This document shows, in pieces, positions 1-13,190 of a stretch of 64,000 nt of DNA; the stretch's first letter is position 1, and each line of letters opens with the position of its first letter. The position numbers and the translations under genes are program-made. The notes beneath the pieces are model-generated. The model searched no databases. It was not told the DNA's origin and saw only the letters and a list, made by a program, of their open reading frames with translations. Origin of the DNA: the human T2T-CHM13v2.0 reference genome, Homo sapiens; NCBI RefSeq assembly GCF_009914755.1, contig NC_060929.1. The stretch is one strand, 5' to 3'.

Positions 1-512
1 TAGTTTTCCTTTTAACAGTCAGGCACCTCTGCTGCAGGTCTGCTGGAGTTTGCTGGAGGTCTACTTCAGACCATTTGCCTGGGTTAACACCAGCAGAGGC
101 TGGAGAACAGCAAAGATTGCTGCCTGTTCCTTCCTCTGGAAGCTTCGTCCCAGAGTGGCACCCACCAGTTGCCAGCCGGAGCTCTCTCGTATGAGGTGTC
201 TGTCGACCCCTGCTGGGAAGTGTCTCCTAGTCAGGAGGCACGGGGGGTCAGGGACCCACTTGAGGAAGCAGTCTGTCCCTCAGCAGAGCTCAAGTACTGT
301 GCTGGGAGATCCGCTGCTCTCTTTAGAGCCAGCAGGCCAGAACATTTAAGTCTGCTGAAGCTGCGCCCACAGCTGCCCCTTCCCCTAGGTGCTCTGTCCC
401 AGGGAGATGGGAGTTTTATCTATAAGCCCCTGACTGGGGCTGCTTCCTTTCTTTCAGAGATGCTCTGCCCAGAGAGGAGGAATCTAGAGAGGCAGTCTGG
501 CTACAGTGGCTT
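1..512 (-). mobile_element. LINE-1 (L1PA-type) 5'UTR portion, truncated at its 5' end and continuing out of the window
   Basis: GC-rich text matches the antisense of the primate L1 5'UTR (ggggtcagggacccacttgaggaagcagtctgtcc; tttatctataagcccctgactggggctgc). Abrupt switch to AT-rich DNA at ~512. Confidence 0.85.
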
Positions 513-976
513 TACATCTATATTTTTATAAGTATAAAATTAGAAGCTAATTAGATATAATGAATGGTCAAGTAAAGTAGACATATTTTCACATTTACAT
601 CCATTTCCAAATTTTGTGATACTGAGTTTGTAAAGAAGTCCAATTTCGCTATTTGCTGCATTTGCTTTTCAACAAAAATTGTATTTAGTATTTTCACTAA
701 ACTATGTAAGAGCACTTAGCTCGTTGATAACTTTCATCACCATTGTGAAGCTATACAAGTTATAAACTATTTTAAGGCTTTTCCCATCCCAATTTAGGCC
801 TTAATTATTACTGTGCAGAAAACATTTTGCTGCAGCAACTGTTCTTAGATGTCTCTAAATCAAAACAGAAGTCAGGATTCAGGTGACAGCAAATAAAATT
901 TCCAAAATAATAAAATATCAGGTAAATATAATCTCTCATCTCTCATCTTCTCTCCATCTCCCTATGTCCCTTTCCT

Positions 977-997
977 TCTCTCTCTCTCTCTCTCTCT

Positions 998-1041
<44 letters not shown>
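977..1041. repeat. Compound microsatellite (TC)n-(AC)n
   Basis: About 11 TC units followed by about 20 AC units. Confidence 0.97.
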
Positions 1042-1044
<3 letters not shown>

Positions 1045-2615
1045 ACACACATGTTCTTCCTCTAAAAAGAAAAACCAATAATCCTCTATTGAGACAGTTG
1101 TGAATCAAAGGTTTCTTCTGCAGGAGTTACATCCATCTCTGAATTTCCTAGAGAGCAGCAAAGGGCCTTGTGTTTTATTCCCCTTCCACACTTAATCACT
1201 GGACTGTGGGCCCAGACTGAATGAGTAGCTCATTAGAATCACTGAGTTCACTGAGGGGATGAGAGATTCCTTCCTGGCTGGGTGCTAAGTGATACTCCCA
1301 TAAGGATTTTGTGGTTACAAAACGTGCTGGATATGGAGGTAACCTGTCTGGGAGTCCTGTCACTCCAAGGATCACTTGGAATGCTCTGGAAAAACACATG
1401 ACCTGGCTGAATGAGTTCTGTTGAATTGTTTAGCCTACACCTTCATTTCAGCAGCTTATACTGCATTAATGAGGTTATTGTTCCTTTGCCGTCCAATTGT
1501 TCCCAAGCTGATTTTTTGCATATATGTTTTACATCCTTAACAAGAATGCCTGTCTCCTGCTGTTTCAGAGTCTCTTCCACAGTGCTGAGCATGAGTGGAG
1601 CTTGCTAAATCATTGCTAAATGAAGCAATGGGCTGTAAGCATGTCCTGTGGGATCTGCATCTTCAGATCATCCTGAAGTACTCAACAACCACATCTTCTT
1701 CCAGGAACAGAGCCCAACATAAACTGGTAGGGTTTGCTGTCTTAGACAGCTAAGAGAACGAGGAGTGGAGCTAGTGAACAAGCAGTGAAGGGGGCAGTTC
1801 CTTAATGCCATCCGAACTGAATTTCAACAGTCTGACAAGCTAGCGTTTTGGGTAAATATCCCAGTATACTTGTCACAGAGTTAAGTAAAATGGACTTCCT
1901 TCAAAGGAAGTGCTTTTAATACAATAACTGTTTTTGTTTTTTTAACCAATGGATTAAAAATTTAACACATTTACTAAATCTGGCATATTTATATATTGTA
2001 TCTAAACAGATATTCAAGCTGCATTATAATATAATCATAAAAAAACTGATCTCAGTCTGTCTGTTAAGCCTTTGTGAGTCTTTGTGCCATTGTTGGAGTA
2101 GTGCTAATTATCAAGCAAAGACATGATAATTACGCAGAGCTTTTTTGCTAAAAGAAGGAATCTTTTTCAACACCCACGCACTGCACAATTTCCTATGACC
2201 CTGTAGCACTACTCTGGTATGGCCCAGAAATTTGTATTTCTGTGTAAAGGCTGGAAATTATATTATTTCTATCTCTCCCGATACCTTTTCTTCTTGTGAG
2301 TAAACTGTTTTTAGAGGGTTAAGGAAGAGGGGTAATGGTCCAAATGGGAAATATAAAACTAATGACCCTTCATGAAACATATTATGCTCCTCATTAAACT
2401 TATTCAGTTAAATGTATTCCATTAAATTAAAATAAATAGGATTTAAAATTTTACCCAGGAGCAGTAAACAATCTTAACTTTTGACTTTATGGTAGATCCA
2501 TTCTAAGAACGAATTCAAATCCCTGATGTATCATAGGTCTTTGCCTCCAGCACAATTTATGTACTAGTGCTGCAGAGGTTTTCAAATTTAGTGTGTCTAA
2601 GAATTACTTGGGAAC

Positions 2616-2905
2616 TTTTTTTTTTTTTTTGAGACGGAGTCTCACCCTGTCGCCTGCGCCAGAGTGCAGTGGCGCGATCTCGGCTTGCTGCAAGCTCTCC
2701 CTCCCGTGTTCAGGCCATTCTCCTGCCTCTCGAGTAACTGGGACTACAGGCCCCCTCCACCACGCTCGGCTAATTTTTTGGATTTTTAGTAGAGACGGGG
2801 TTTCACCATGTTAGCCCCGATGATCTTGATCTCCTGACCTCATGATGCGCCTGCCTTGGCCTCCCAAAGTACTGGGATTACAGGTGTGAGTCACCGTGCC
2901 TGGCC
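2616..2905 (-). mobile_element. Alu (AluY-like)
   Basis: Poly-T, then gagacggagtctc...tgcaagctc...gccattctcctgcctc...cctggcc. Target-site duplication tacttggg(g)aac on both sides. Confidence 0.93.
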
Positions 2906-3559
2906 TACTTGGGGAACTTTTTATAAATGCAACTTCCAATCCAGATTCCCTCTTCACCAAGTGTCTCAAGTATCCTAATTTCAGTGATGCAGCACTTTGA
3001 AAAATATTCCATGTGAAGATGATGTAAATTTTATCAAGCTTAGCGGTCCCATCTTACTTCTTTTTCCATGATCTCTGTTATTACTAAAATGTGGAAAAGC
3101 CAAATATGTGAAGAATGCATAATTCAGGGAGTTGAACAGGACGGACCCACAATGTGTTAGACTTACATGTTATGTTCATCCAAATAATTGAGCCATCCAA
3201 TCTCTAGATTTGGCCCAAAAGCCTCGAAGTGTCTTTTTGAGAGATTCAGAGATTTAATCTATTGATGTTAACAAGAAAATGGAACTGGTTCTTTACTCCT
3301 GTTTTACAAGTATTGCTTTTTTAAAAATTATAATCTTGCAAAAGCACTTTCAAATCCAATGCCTTCATTTTTGAGATGAGAAAACGTCAGCCCAGAGAGG
3401 TACCCAACTCACCACACTGCACAAAAGTGCAAGACAAGGATTCAAATGAAAAACAATGACTCTTAACCCAGTGCTGTTTTTGTGGCATTTAAAGAAGTCT
3501 GACTTTCAAATATCCACCTATCAAAAAATATGAAGTTTTCATACAATATATGAAGTGGG

Positions 3560-3868
3560 TTTTTTTGTTGTTGTTGTTGTTAAACAGACAGGGTCTTGCT
3601 CTGTCACTCAGGCTGGAGTGCAGAGGCACAATCTAGGCTCACTGAGGCCTTGACCTCTCAGGCTCAAGCCATCTTCCCCCTTCAGCCCCCCAGGTAGCTG
3701 GGACCACACATGTGTGCCACCATGCCTGGCTAATTTTTGTATTTTTTTTGCAGAGACGGAGTTTTGCCATGTTACCCAGGCTGCTCTCAAACTCCTGAGC
3801 TCAGGCAATCTGCCCACCTAGGCCTCCCAAAGTGTTGGCATTATAGGTGTGAGCCACCACACCTGGCC
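3560..3868 (-). mobile_element. Alu (AluJ-like)
   Basis: Antisense Alu dimer with TSD aatatatgaagt at ~3546 and 3869. Confidence 0.92.
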
Positions 3869-4866
3869 AATATATGAAGTTTTAAGTTGCCTTCAAGTCA
3901 TATAATATATTCCTAAGAAAAACCCTCAGAAGATGAATGTTCTAGGTTTTAAACTCCTTTAAGAAAGCAAATTTTAGAAGTCAACATATTTTCCAATTGG
4001 CTCATTATGGATCTACAGCATTTCACATGACATTAAGGACTAGCAGTTCCAGTGTAATGATAAATTCCAACTCAAATTCTTTTGTTACCCTGACTTTTGT
4101 TATAATGGTTTTAGTAATGAGATGGAGTTTTTAGTAAATAGTTGTTTTGTTTTCTGAATTTATTTTACATAAGTATTAGTGCACACACACAAGCAGTGTT
4201 CACCTTCATATTTTTGTACTTTCATATTTATATGCAAATAAAAAACTATCTGAAATGCATAGGTAAATTTTATCAGTGATCCTAAATTTCAAGATCAAGG
4301 CAAGCACACAATTCAAATTATCAATGAAAAACTAAAATAATGCATAGTATTTTAAGCACATATCACCCTAGGTCTATTTATCATTCACTTTTGTTTCTCT
4401 GAAATTATTTCCTTGGCCTCGTTAAGGCAAAAATAAAATATAATAATCAGCTCAATACTTTTGAAAAACTTTCAAATAAAAACAAAGAAATGAGAATTAG
4501 TCTTAGACAATTGTAACAGGTAAAAGGGAGATGGATGTGGGAGGCATATTCATTTGATCAGGATTAGCACTACATTTTTTTACAATGTGGAACCAGTCTA
4601 AGCAATGGCAAGAATGACGTGTACTCTGGCAAACTGGCTCTTGAGTACATACTTTTGAAACACTTATTAATTTTCTTTTCATTCTGAGAAAGCAGGCACA
4701 ATCTAGGGAAGCCAGAGTAGACAAATAGATTAAGAAAATAGGCAGATGGGAACCATCCTTATTATACCTCTTCCTTTGTTTTGTAGTCTTAATCATTGCT
4801 CATGAAGGGTACTACAAAGTATTTAAATAGGATCGATGCTGAAAAGGTTTAAAATGTTCCAGCCAA

Positions 4867-4950
4867 TGTAACTAACCTGCACAATGTGCACATGTACCCT
4901 AAAACTTAATGTATAATAAAAATAAAATAAAATAAAATAAAATGGGAAAA
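4867..4950 (+). mobile_element. Extremely 5'-truncated young L1 (L1HS/L1PA2-type 3' terminus plus A-rich tail)
   Basis: tgtaactaacctgcacaatgtgcacatgtaccctaaaactta is the L1 3' end. (AAAAT)n tail. Perfect 16-bp TSD aaaatgttccagccaa at 4851-4866 and 4951-4966. Confidence 0.92.
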
Positions 4951-5699
4951 AAAATGTTCCAGCCAAAACTGTATGGTATGTTACTTATGCTAACACATCT
5001 AAAACATTTTTGACTTTCAGCATCATGCTTATTTATTTTGGGCACAATAAAACAATTTTTTAAATCTGACATTGATTAAACACTGAGCTAACATTTAGAA
5101 ATTCATTTTCATCTGATTTCTGATTCCATGTATATTAACAGTTTTCATTGATATATATAATGATATAATTTTTAGGAAAAAACATTTCTAGGAGAATAAT
5201 TGCCTTTACTCTTCCAGCAAGAAAGCATTCAGAATAATGAGTTACAAAGAAGAGACATAAATCGAAAAACTGAAAGTGTAAGGTTGGGGTGAGTTCATTT
5301 TTAAATACGTTTTTTCTTTGATGATGCCGGGAAACTATTATATACCTAAAATAAATGATCAGAAGTGTCTAAAATATGGATGAGCTATTCCCTGGCAAGA
5401 GTTCCCAACCATGGTGTCCTGATACACAGCTGTGGACAATGACCACTTGCCAAAGATGAAGCAAATAGTTTGACACTGGTACTTGATTTCTAGCAAAGAC
5501 CAGATCTTACATGGTCTCTATCATCACATCACTCTAACTTTTGAAGGGGAGAGAAAAGGTGGAGTAAGAGTTGCGATAGATAATAATCCTGGGTCTATCT
5601 ATGGGACTATGAACATCTTAAGAAAAAGAACATGATGTGTGTATGTGTGTGTGGCAGGGGGAGGTCCAAACTCCCCTGCTTGCGGAGGCTTGGGGCTCA

Positions 5700-5921
<222 letters not shown>

Positions 5922-6943
5922 CTAGAAAAAAGAAAGCAGCCAAGATTTTTTAAAAAATATTCATGCATGTGTGGTTTTTTTCTTTTCTTTTTTCTTTTCC
6001 TTCACAAAACAATGGTGTGTAGTTGTCAGAGCCCTGGGCACTAACACATTCAGAAAGAAAGCAAATAAATCTAATATTAATTTCTGCTTATCATTTGAAA
6101 ATGTGTGATTTCTAGCTTGCTGCTGAATGTGAGACTCTAAATGCAAGATTTAATGTAGGGTATTTTAATGAAGGTGACCAGGGAACTGGTCATGTTTCTT
6201 TGAGCAAGTTAAGATTTAAAAAAAAATTAATTTCAGCATGGTTAGCATATTTCCCAATTAATAATTAGTTTGGAGCTTGTTTTTGACTATTTGAAGAGTG
6301 GACATGACATTAGGAACTTAGCATTTTAGATCTGTGTTCAAACAAGTCTTAAAATTGTCTAGTCTCATGTCATTTAATTGAAAACACTTGAAGGGATATG
6401 ACTGTGATCTCAGACGATGTTGTATTCTGTTTTCTAGAAACCCAACAGGGCACTGGGAAGTCCGTTAGCCATCATATGCTTAGGGTTTTGGTTTCATTCT
6501 TCTGTGTATCTTTCTTCTTCTCTCAGGTCAGAAACTGTATTGTTAATGCCACCATTTTCTTCTTTTAATCTAATCTATTACCAAGACCCATAATTCCTTT
6601 CCTCAAAATATTTCTCAGGTTCACACTATTTCCCAGGCAACTCTATCACTGATGTCCTTATCACTTCAATTTTGGACAGCCTAGCAGCTTCCTGTCCTCG
6701 ATGATCTCCCTGCCTGGAATCATTCCTTCCTCAATTTAACTCAAACTGCAAAGCCTCACTCTTCCTACTGTCTTTTTCCTGATGAGCTGCCTACAACAGC
6801 TCCCTCTCCCTGGCTTTGAAAACTTCCTACCTGCCAATCCTACCAAATGCAAAAATACATTTCACTCTTCCCAATTTCAACTCTCTTTTAATTGAACTTC
6901 AGCTTGTTGCTCCAGTCTGGCTACTGAAAAGGCGTGAACATTC

Positions 6944-6984
6944 TTTTTTTTTTTTTTTTTTTTTTTTTTTGGAGACGGAGTCTC
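6944..6984 (-). mobile_element. Alu 3'-terminal stub (poly-A plus ~14 nt of body)
   Basis: About 27 T followed by gagacggagtctc, then unique sequence. Confidence 0.65.
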
Positions 6985-7016
6985 TTATAAACCTTTATAT
7001 GGTCCAGTGTTTCCCA

Positions 7017-7062
7017 TCTACAGAATGAATACCTGTTTCCCAACAGGTATTCATTCTGTAGA
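7017..7062. repeat. Perfect inverted repeat, 21-bp arms, 4-nt loop
   Basis: tctacagaatgaatacctgtt-tccc-aacaggtattcattctgtaga. Confidence 0.95.
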
Positions 7063-7814
7063 GTACTGTTCCTATAAAATACTCCTTAAGAAAAAAGTTC
7101 AGTGGCCTAATATGTTTGGAAAAAGAGGCACATTGGTATATGAAAGGCTATGAAACCTTTTAAACTTTGTTTAACTTGCTTTTCGAACCTATTGCTGACA
7201 TATCGTTTGTTTCTTTGCATATTTATTTATTTTGAGGAGCACTTACTATCACTCTTCAGAACTAGGTTTTTGAGGCACATATTCTGGGAAAAGCTAATTT
7301 ACTTAATTAAGCTACTGTTTTCAGAATGAATCATTTAAACTTTTTTCATACCTTCAAATCCAACCCACCTTGCAGAGAGGCCAGCTCATTTTATCACAGA
7401 TTTGTGTGTAATTCCTAATTGCATATTCCTACCCTTCATCTTTCTCTTTGTCTCCAGACACCCAATGCATGTCCTCCAGTTCCACACCTGTCTAAACATC
7501 CTGGATTCTCAAACCTTCCAAAGTTCAACCTCATTATCTTCAGTCTAGAATCTGCAGCCCCTTTTGGAATCCCCATCTCACCATAAACTCAGTCATCCAA
7601 ACTAGAAACCTCAGAGAGAACTCTGAATCCTGGCCTGCCACCTTCTCCCACTCCCCACCCTCCCCCACAACTAAATAGATTTATGTTGACAAGGACTGTG
7701 GACTAGCAGACAGAAAGCCTGACCTCCCAGTCTCCTCATTCCTCCACATTTTGTTAATTATTGTTTTACTTATCACCTTTTATTTTTCCTTCATGTTACA
7801 ATCACATTTTATAT

Positions 7815-7912
7815 TTTCAAATATACAAAATATACACAAAAATATACCAAATATATACAAAAATATGCAAAATATATTTTGTATATAAAATATGCAAAAT
7901 AAAAAATACAAA
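7815..7912. repeat. AT-rich degenerate repeat (AAAATATAC-like units)
   Basis: aaatatacaaaatatacacaaaaatataccaaatatatacaaaaatatgcaaaatat... Confidence 0.75.
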
Positions 7913-8344
7913 ACTGTTTATATTTTCCTGTGTGATCTGTTTAACCTCTCTTCCACTACAGCGCATGCTCCACAAGGGTATATGCCGTTTTTATTTTGCT
8001 CACTACTTTATCCCCAGTGCTTAGACCAGTAGACATGTGTGGGCACATGGTAAAAATCCATGGTATAAAAATTGATAGGGGAAGCTACTATGTGAAATCT
8101 TCAGAAAGATACAATTGATGTATGTATATATGTGATAAATTTTCCCATGAAATTTTTTTAACAACCCATATGCAAAATGTTTTAACAATACATATATTCC
8201 TTACTTAATAATAATTACACTATTTTATCATATGACATTGAAGGTAGTATGGTAGAAAGCAAAGAACATAGGGTTTGTATTTAGAGAACTCTGAATTTGA
8301 ATGCCGAATTTGCTAGTCATGCGAAATTCACTTAACAACTTCTC

Positions 8345-8653
<309 letters not shown>

Positions 8654-11600
8654 TCACTTTAAATAAAGTTCTTTGAGTTTGATTTTTCACATTTGTAAAA
8701 CAGAGATTTATACCTACTCTTAAGGCTGTTGTGAGGATTGTATCCAATAATGTGTGTATAGTATTGAGTATAATGCTTAGAGTAGGTGCTCAATAAATAT
8801 TAGTTCCCCCAAATTTCTTAGTTGACTTAACCAAAAAAGAAGAACTAGCAAAATATACTTGTCTTGGTGACTTGAAGAGTCTACCAGTTATGGCTATTTG
8901 AAGATGTTATTATGACTGATAGAAAGATAAAGCTGTAGTGACCATCGTTTGGAAAATAAGGCATTTAGATATTTACTAGCCCATATCAACTAGTCAATAT
9001 TTACTCAGTTACGTTATTTACATTTCAACTTGGATAATTCTTCTTTCTTGTAATTGTCAGTGTTTTTCACCTTCTATTTCATCTTTATTGATTGTCTTTC
9101 TAAAGTACTTCTGAAAAAATATAGCTAGTGTTTTATTTTCATATCTGATTATCATACTACTTTAGAAACTTTTATTCTGTTTTATGCAGATGAGTCATAA
9201 TTGATATTAAGGATGGGCTGAAAACCATCTTTTTGGAATGAATAAAGAAACATAATCATTAATTACACAGAGCTGCACTAAATGTCTTTTAATATTTCTT
9301 TTAGATCCAATTTTGATATGAAAATGTACCTGCATATTGGCATTTTACTTAGTGAAATAGGCTACAGAATACGTTCAATACAGAAGGCACTGACCTAGAC
9401 TACTTTCATATATCTAAAACCACTTTTAATCAGACTTCATGACCACAAGCTATATGTGGAATGTCTCAATACAGTATGGTTTCTGTTGTACTCAGACCTC
9501 AGAATTTTGCACGTTACAACACTCATAATCAAAGTACATTTCAGTACAGAAATATCATTAATGTCACTATTTGTGTTTACTTTTAGTGCTCCTCAATTTT
9601 TGTGTAACCAAATAGGCTGCTGGATAATGAATACTTATTTAATAATACCCATCAAAGAAGTCGGTGCATATAGCTTCTTCTGCAATTTAAAACTGCAAAC
9701 TGAAATGATGACTGTATTAAAGCATGTAAGAAAATATCTTCAAAATCTACTCTTAATTGCTCTAAATTTAATTCTGCATTATGTTCATATTCTTCATAGC
9801 ATTCTCAAAATGTATTTTATAATGCTTTTTCTCATTGTTCATAGTTAGATAAAATTATTTTTAAGCATTAGGCTTTCTAAAGAGATCTGGAATATAACTC
9901 TTCATTTAAAATATGCCACTCAATAACAAAGATTTCAATTCTGCGCTTTTATACTTAAATAATGCCTTGTGATGGTTACATTTTTCTTAACTTGATAATA
10001 GTTTGTAATGGGGACAAGTCCATATTTCTTTTTAAATAACATGTTTGGAACCTTAGGTGAGGCAGAAAGAGGTTTTTACAGTAGTTAGGCAAAGAGTCTC
10101 TCTTTTCCAGTATTTACATAAGTCAACATGTTATCAAATTAAAGAGACTTAATGTGTGATATAGCATAGAAAGCAGAACTACTCTGTATGTTTTTTATTT
10201 TATGTTTTTCCTTTATATTTTTGAATCTTTAAATAGCCCCAAATGTGATGATGGTATGTTAAGTTTTATAGTGGCCCTGACTTTTAAATCCTAGAGTAAG
10301 GACAGATACCATACATCTTATGTTGATAATGGCTCTAGAACCTATTAGGTGCGAAGGAAAAACAGAAATTAGAAGTTGAAATTGAGAAAAGAAACATTCA
10401 TTAAATATAGCACCATACAAATCAGTTACTAAAAATTTAAGAAAGTCTATTCACAAAAAATATAAAAATAATTTGGCCAAGTTTTATGGAGCATTTTCCG
10501 CATGTCAAACATTATGCTAAGCAATATTTATTGAATATTCTCTATGTCAGGCATTTGTGCTAGGTACTGTGGCTTCCATTACATAAAATAATATCTCCCT
10601 TGTTCATATCAGTTCCTTGTGGCTGGACAAAAAAAAGTCATTTAATTCCATAACGTTTAAAAGGAATTTTCTTTATTTGGAACAAAATGCATGACTTGGC
10701 CAACAGAGTTATATTTTCAGTCATATCTAATAATCTGAATTCGTATTTTTATTTAGAGTTGGGTGAATTCAGTTTTTTTTTCAGACTAACTTTTTCTCTG
10801 GACTGAGCTAGAAAAATAATAGTAGATGTAAATTCAGTCAAGATGAGTACGAAATGAAATCTACCTTACTGGTTATTTCTAATCTTGACTTGGTGAAAGC
10901 TGATTGTGGTATTACTTCCATCTCTCCTTTTCCACCTGGCCACTGGATGCACCCATCACGCTGTAAGGGTTAGTTTAAATGCCAACTTCTTTCTTTGATG
11001 CTTTCCTTGTCACATTCAGATAAAACTCATTCCTTTCTCATTGTAGTCCTCCAGCACTTTTTACAAATCTTTATTATGAGACTTACTCCAGTATTACAAA
11101 GTTGGTTGTATATGAGTTTTCCCTTCTGCCAGATTTGAATTCCCCAAAGACCATCCCTCAGGCCTCTCACAGACTCTGACCAGTGGCCACTCAATGAACC
11201 TTTGCTGAACGAATGGATTATGGAATGGAAATACTCCATTTTGAAGTCTGAATGTTTCGGTATAATTTTATGTTAGAGTAGATGCTTTTTTACTTGCCTT
11301 TTAAATAATTTAATCTCTCAAAAATAGAGATTTTGGACACATATACCTTTATTTTACTACAATGTTTAGCTTATTAGTGACACAAATCTTAAGATAAAGT
11401 AATTACACTATCTTGGAATTTATAATAAAGAAGGTAAATGATGTCTGGAGAAAAATATATATGTAAATATGCTGTAGACTTCAAGAAAAATATACTTCAA
11501 AAAATTCAGAGAAAAGTTTTTTTCTTTTTTATCCCTTGCCTGGATAAAAAAGATGAAAGACAAAAAAGTCTGAAGATAAAAATTTAATTTTACAATCACA

Positions 11601-11679
11601 GGATACAGAAAGAATGGGGAGGATCCATGGGTTCAGGATGACTGAGTTTGTTCGCAAAAATGTACTGAACTTTCTGATG

Positions 11680-12640
11680 AGTTCAGATTTTCAAAGAATA
11701 AGCATTTGGAAAAGTGATGAAATCCTCATGCACAATTTGAGACTGGATGGTAGTAATTTAGCTGATTTAAATATGGCTGATGAACTATAATTAATGAGGC
11801 CGACTTAATTGATCAATGTTAAGTTTATCAAAAAGTCTCTAGTAAAGTGCCATAGAATTCAGTACTTTTCCCATCCCAGGAGACATTTTTGTCATTGGTT
11901 TAGATGGGTATATAGGAAGGCAGGCTTATCAGATCTGCATGCAACGTAAATCTGGGTGCTTGAGCAAACCCAGTAGGTGATAAGAGTCTATATCCATAGC
12001 GCCTTCTACAGCCTTTAGAAAGCTGGGTCACAATCAAGATGAATCAAATGAAGGTAATTTTAAAGTCCACATTCATATTTTTAAAAAACAATTACAAAAG
12101 TTCAGGTTGGGGATAATTAAGGAATTTTGGGAAAGGATCTAAAGTTTTAGCGTTGTATAGTGGTAATTAATTATCCTACTGATCTTTTTGTTTGTCAGAA
12201 CCATCTTTGGTAGCATATTCAGTTCTGAGGGTGACATTTTAAGAAAGCACTGACAAAATTAGAGCATCTACAGGATGGTAAACAGACTGATGTAGGGTCT
12301 GAGAACAATCTGGCATGAGGAACCATTGAAAGAATCTGGAATGTATAACTCAGAAAAAAATAGAATTAAAAGTGAAATGCTAAACATTTTCTAAGGTCTG
12401 AAGCATATGTCCATGCGAAGAGGCAAAATTAGTAAGCATTGTTGAAAATTAGAAAGAGATTCAAAACAAGGGAAAATCTAGTGATGAGAACTTCCCACCA
12501 AGCAGGAAGCAGCTCATTTCTGAATATGTTCACATAGAGCTGCATATCAAGGAAGGTGTAGAAGGGGCTCCTGAATTAAGCAGGAAGTTGGACTAGAGAC
12601 CTTTAAAATATTTATTCTAATTTTTAGATGTTCTTAATCT
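11680..12640 (+). mobile_element. Degenerate L3/CR1 LINE 3' portion
   Basis: cagttctgagggtgacattttaagaaagcactgacaaaattagagcatc and ttggactagagacc resemble the CR1/L3 3' region. Boundaries approximate. Confidence 0.55.
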
Positions 12641-12989
12641 ATGCCTAAGTATCATAGGGCTTTGAGTTAAGAGCAAATGGCAATATGGTTCACCAAGCAT
12701 GCACCCTACAGAATCTCCTATGTTTTAGTTACTCAATCCCACCCATACATTATCGCCTCTAATTTCCATATTTCAAGAAATAAAATAACTTTTTTTGTAG
12801 CTAGACGAGACACAAAAGACTGTAAAGAATTTGAGTAGACAACATTAAATGATGTACTGAAAATGCACAGAAAAATAATTATCCAGATTGATAAAACAGC
12901 AAATTCACATTATTAAAGACATTTTAAAGAAACAGGATACATGCATCATGACTGGGGCAGTACAATGTAGAAAGAAAAACATAAAAATT

Positions 12990-13190
12990 GAAAACCAAGT
13001 CCCAGCTCTGCCTTTTATGAGCTGTGTGCCCTTGCGTAAAATTGCTTAACTTACCGGAACCCCAGTTTCCTCACCTGGAAAGTGGAGATAATAACAGGCA
13101 TCATATAGAGTTTTGTGAGAGGTCAAGTAAGGGATATAATACCAGTGTAAATAACTTGTTAACTGTGAAACACTTTACAAAGCAAGTAGT
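12990..13190 (+). mobile_element. MIR SINE
   Basis: cccagctctgcc...gctgtgtgcccttg...ttgcttaac...ccccagtttcctcacctggaaagtggagataataa, the MIR core. Confidence 0.8.

Noticed and set aside
50-531. 99- and 120-aa ORFs on +
   Set aside because: They are antisense L1 5'UTR sequence. They are not recognisably ORF0, since the element ends before that region, and have no gene context.
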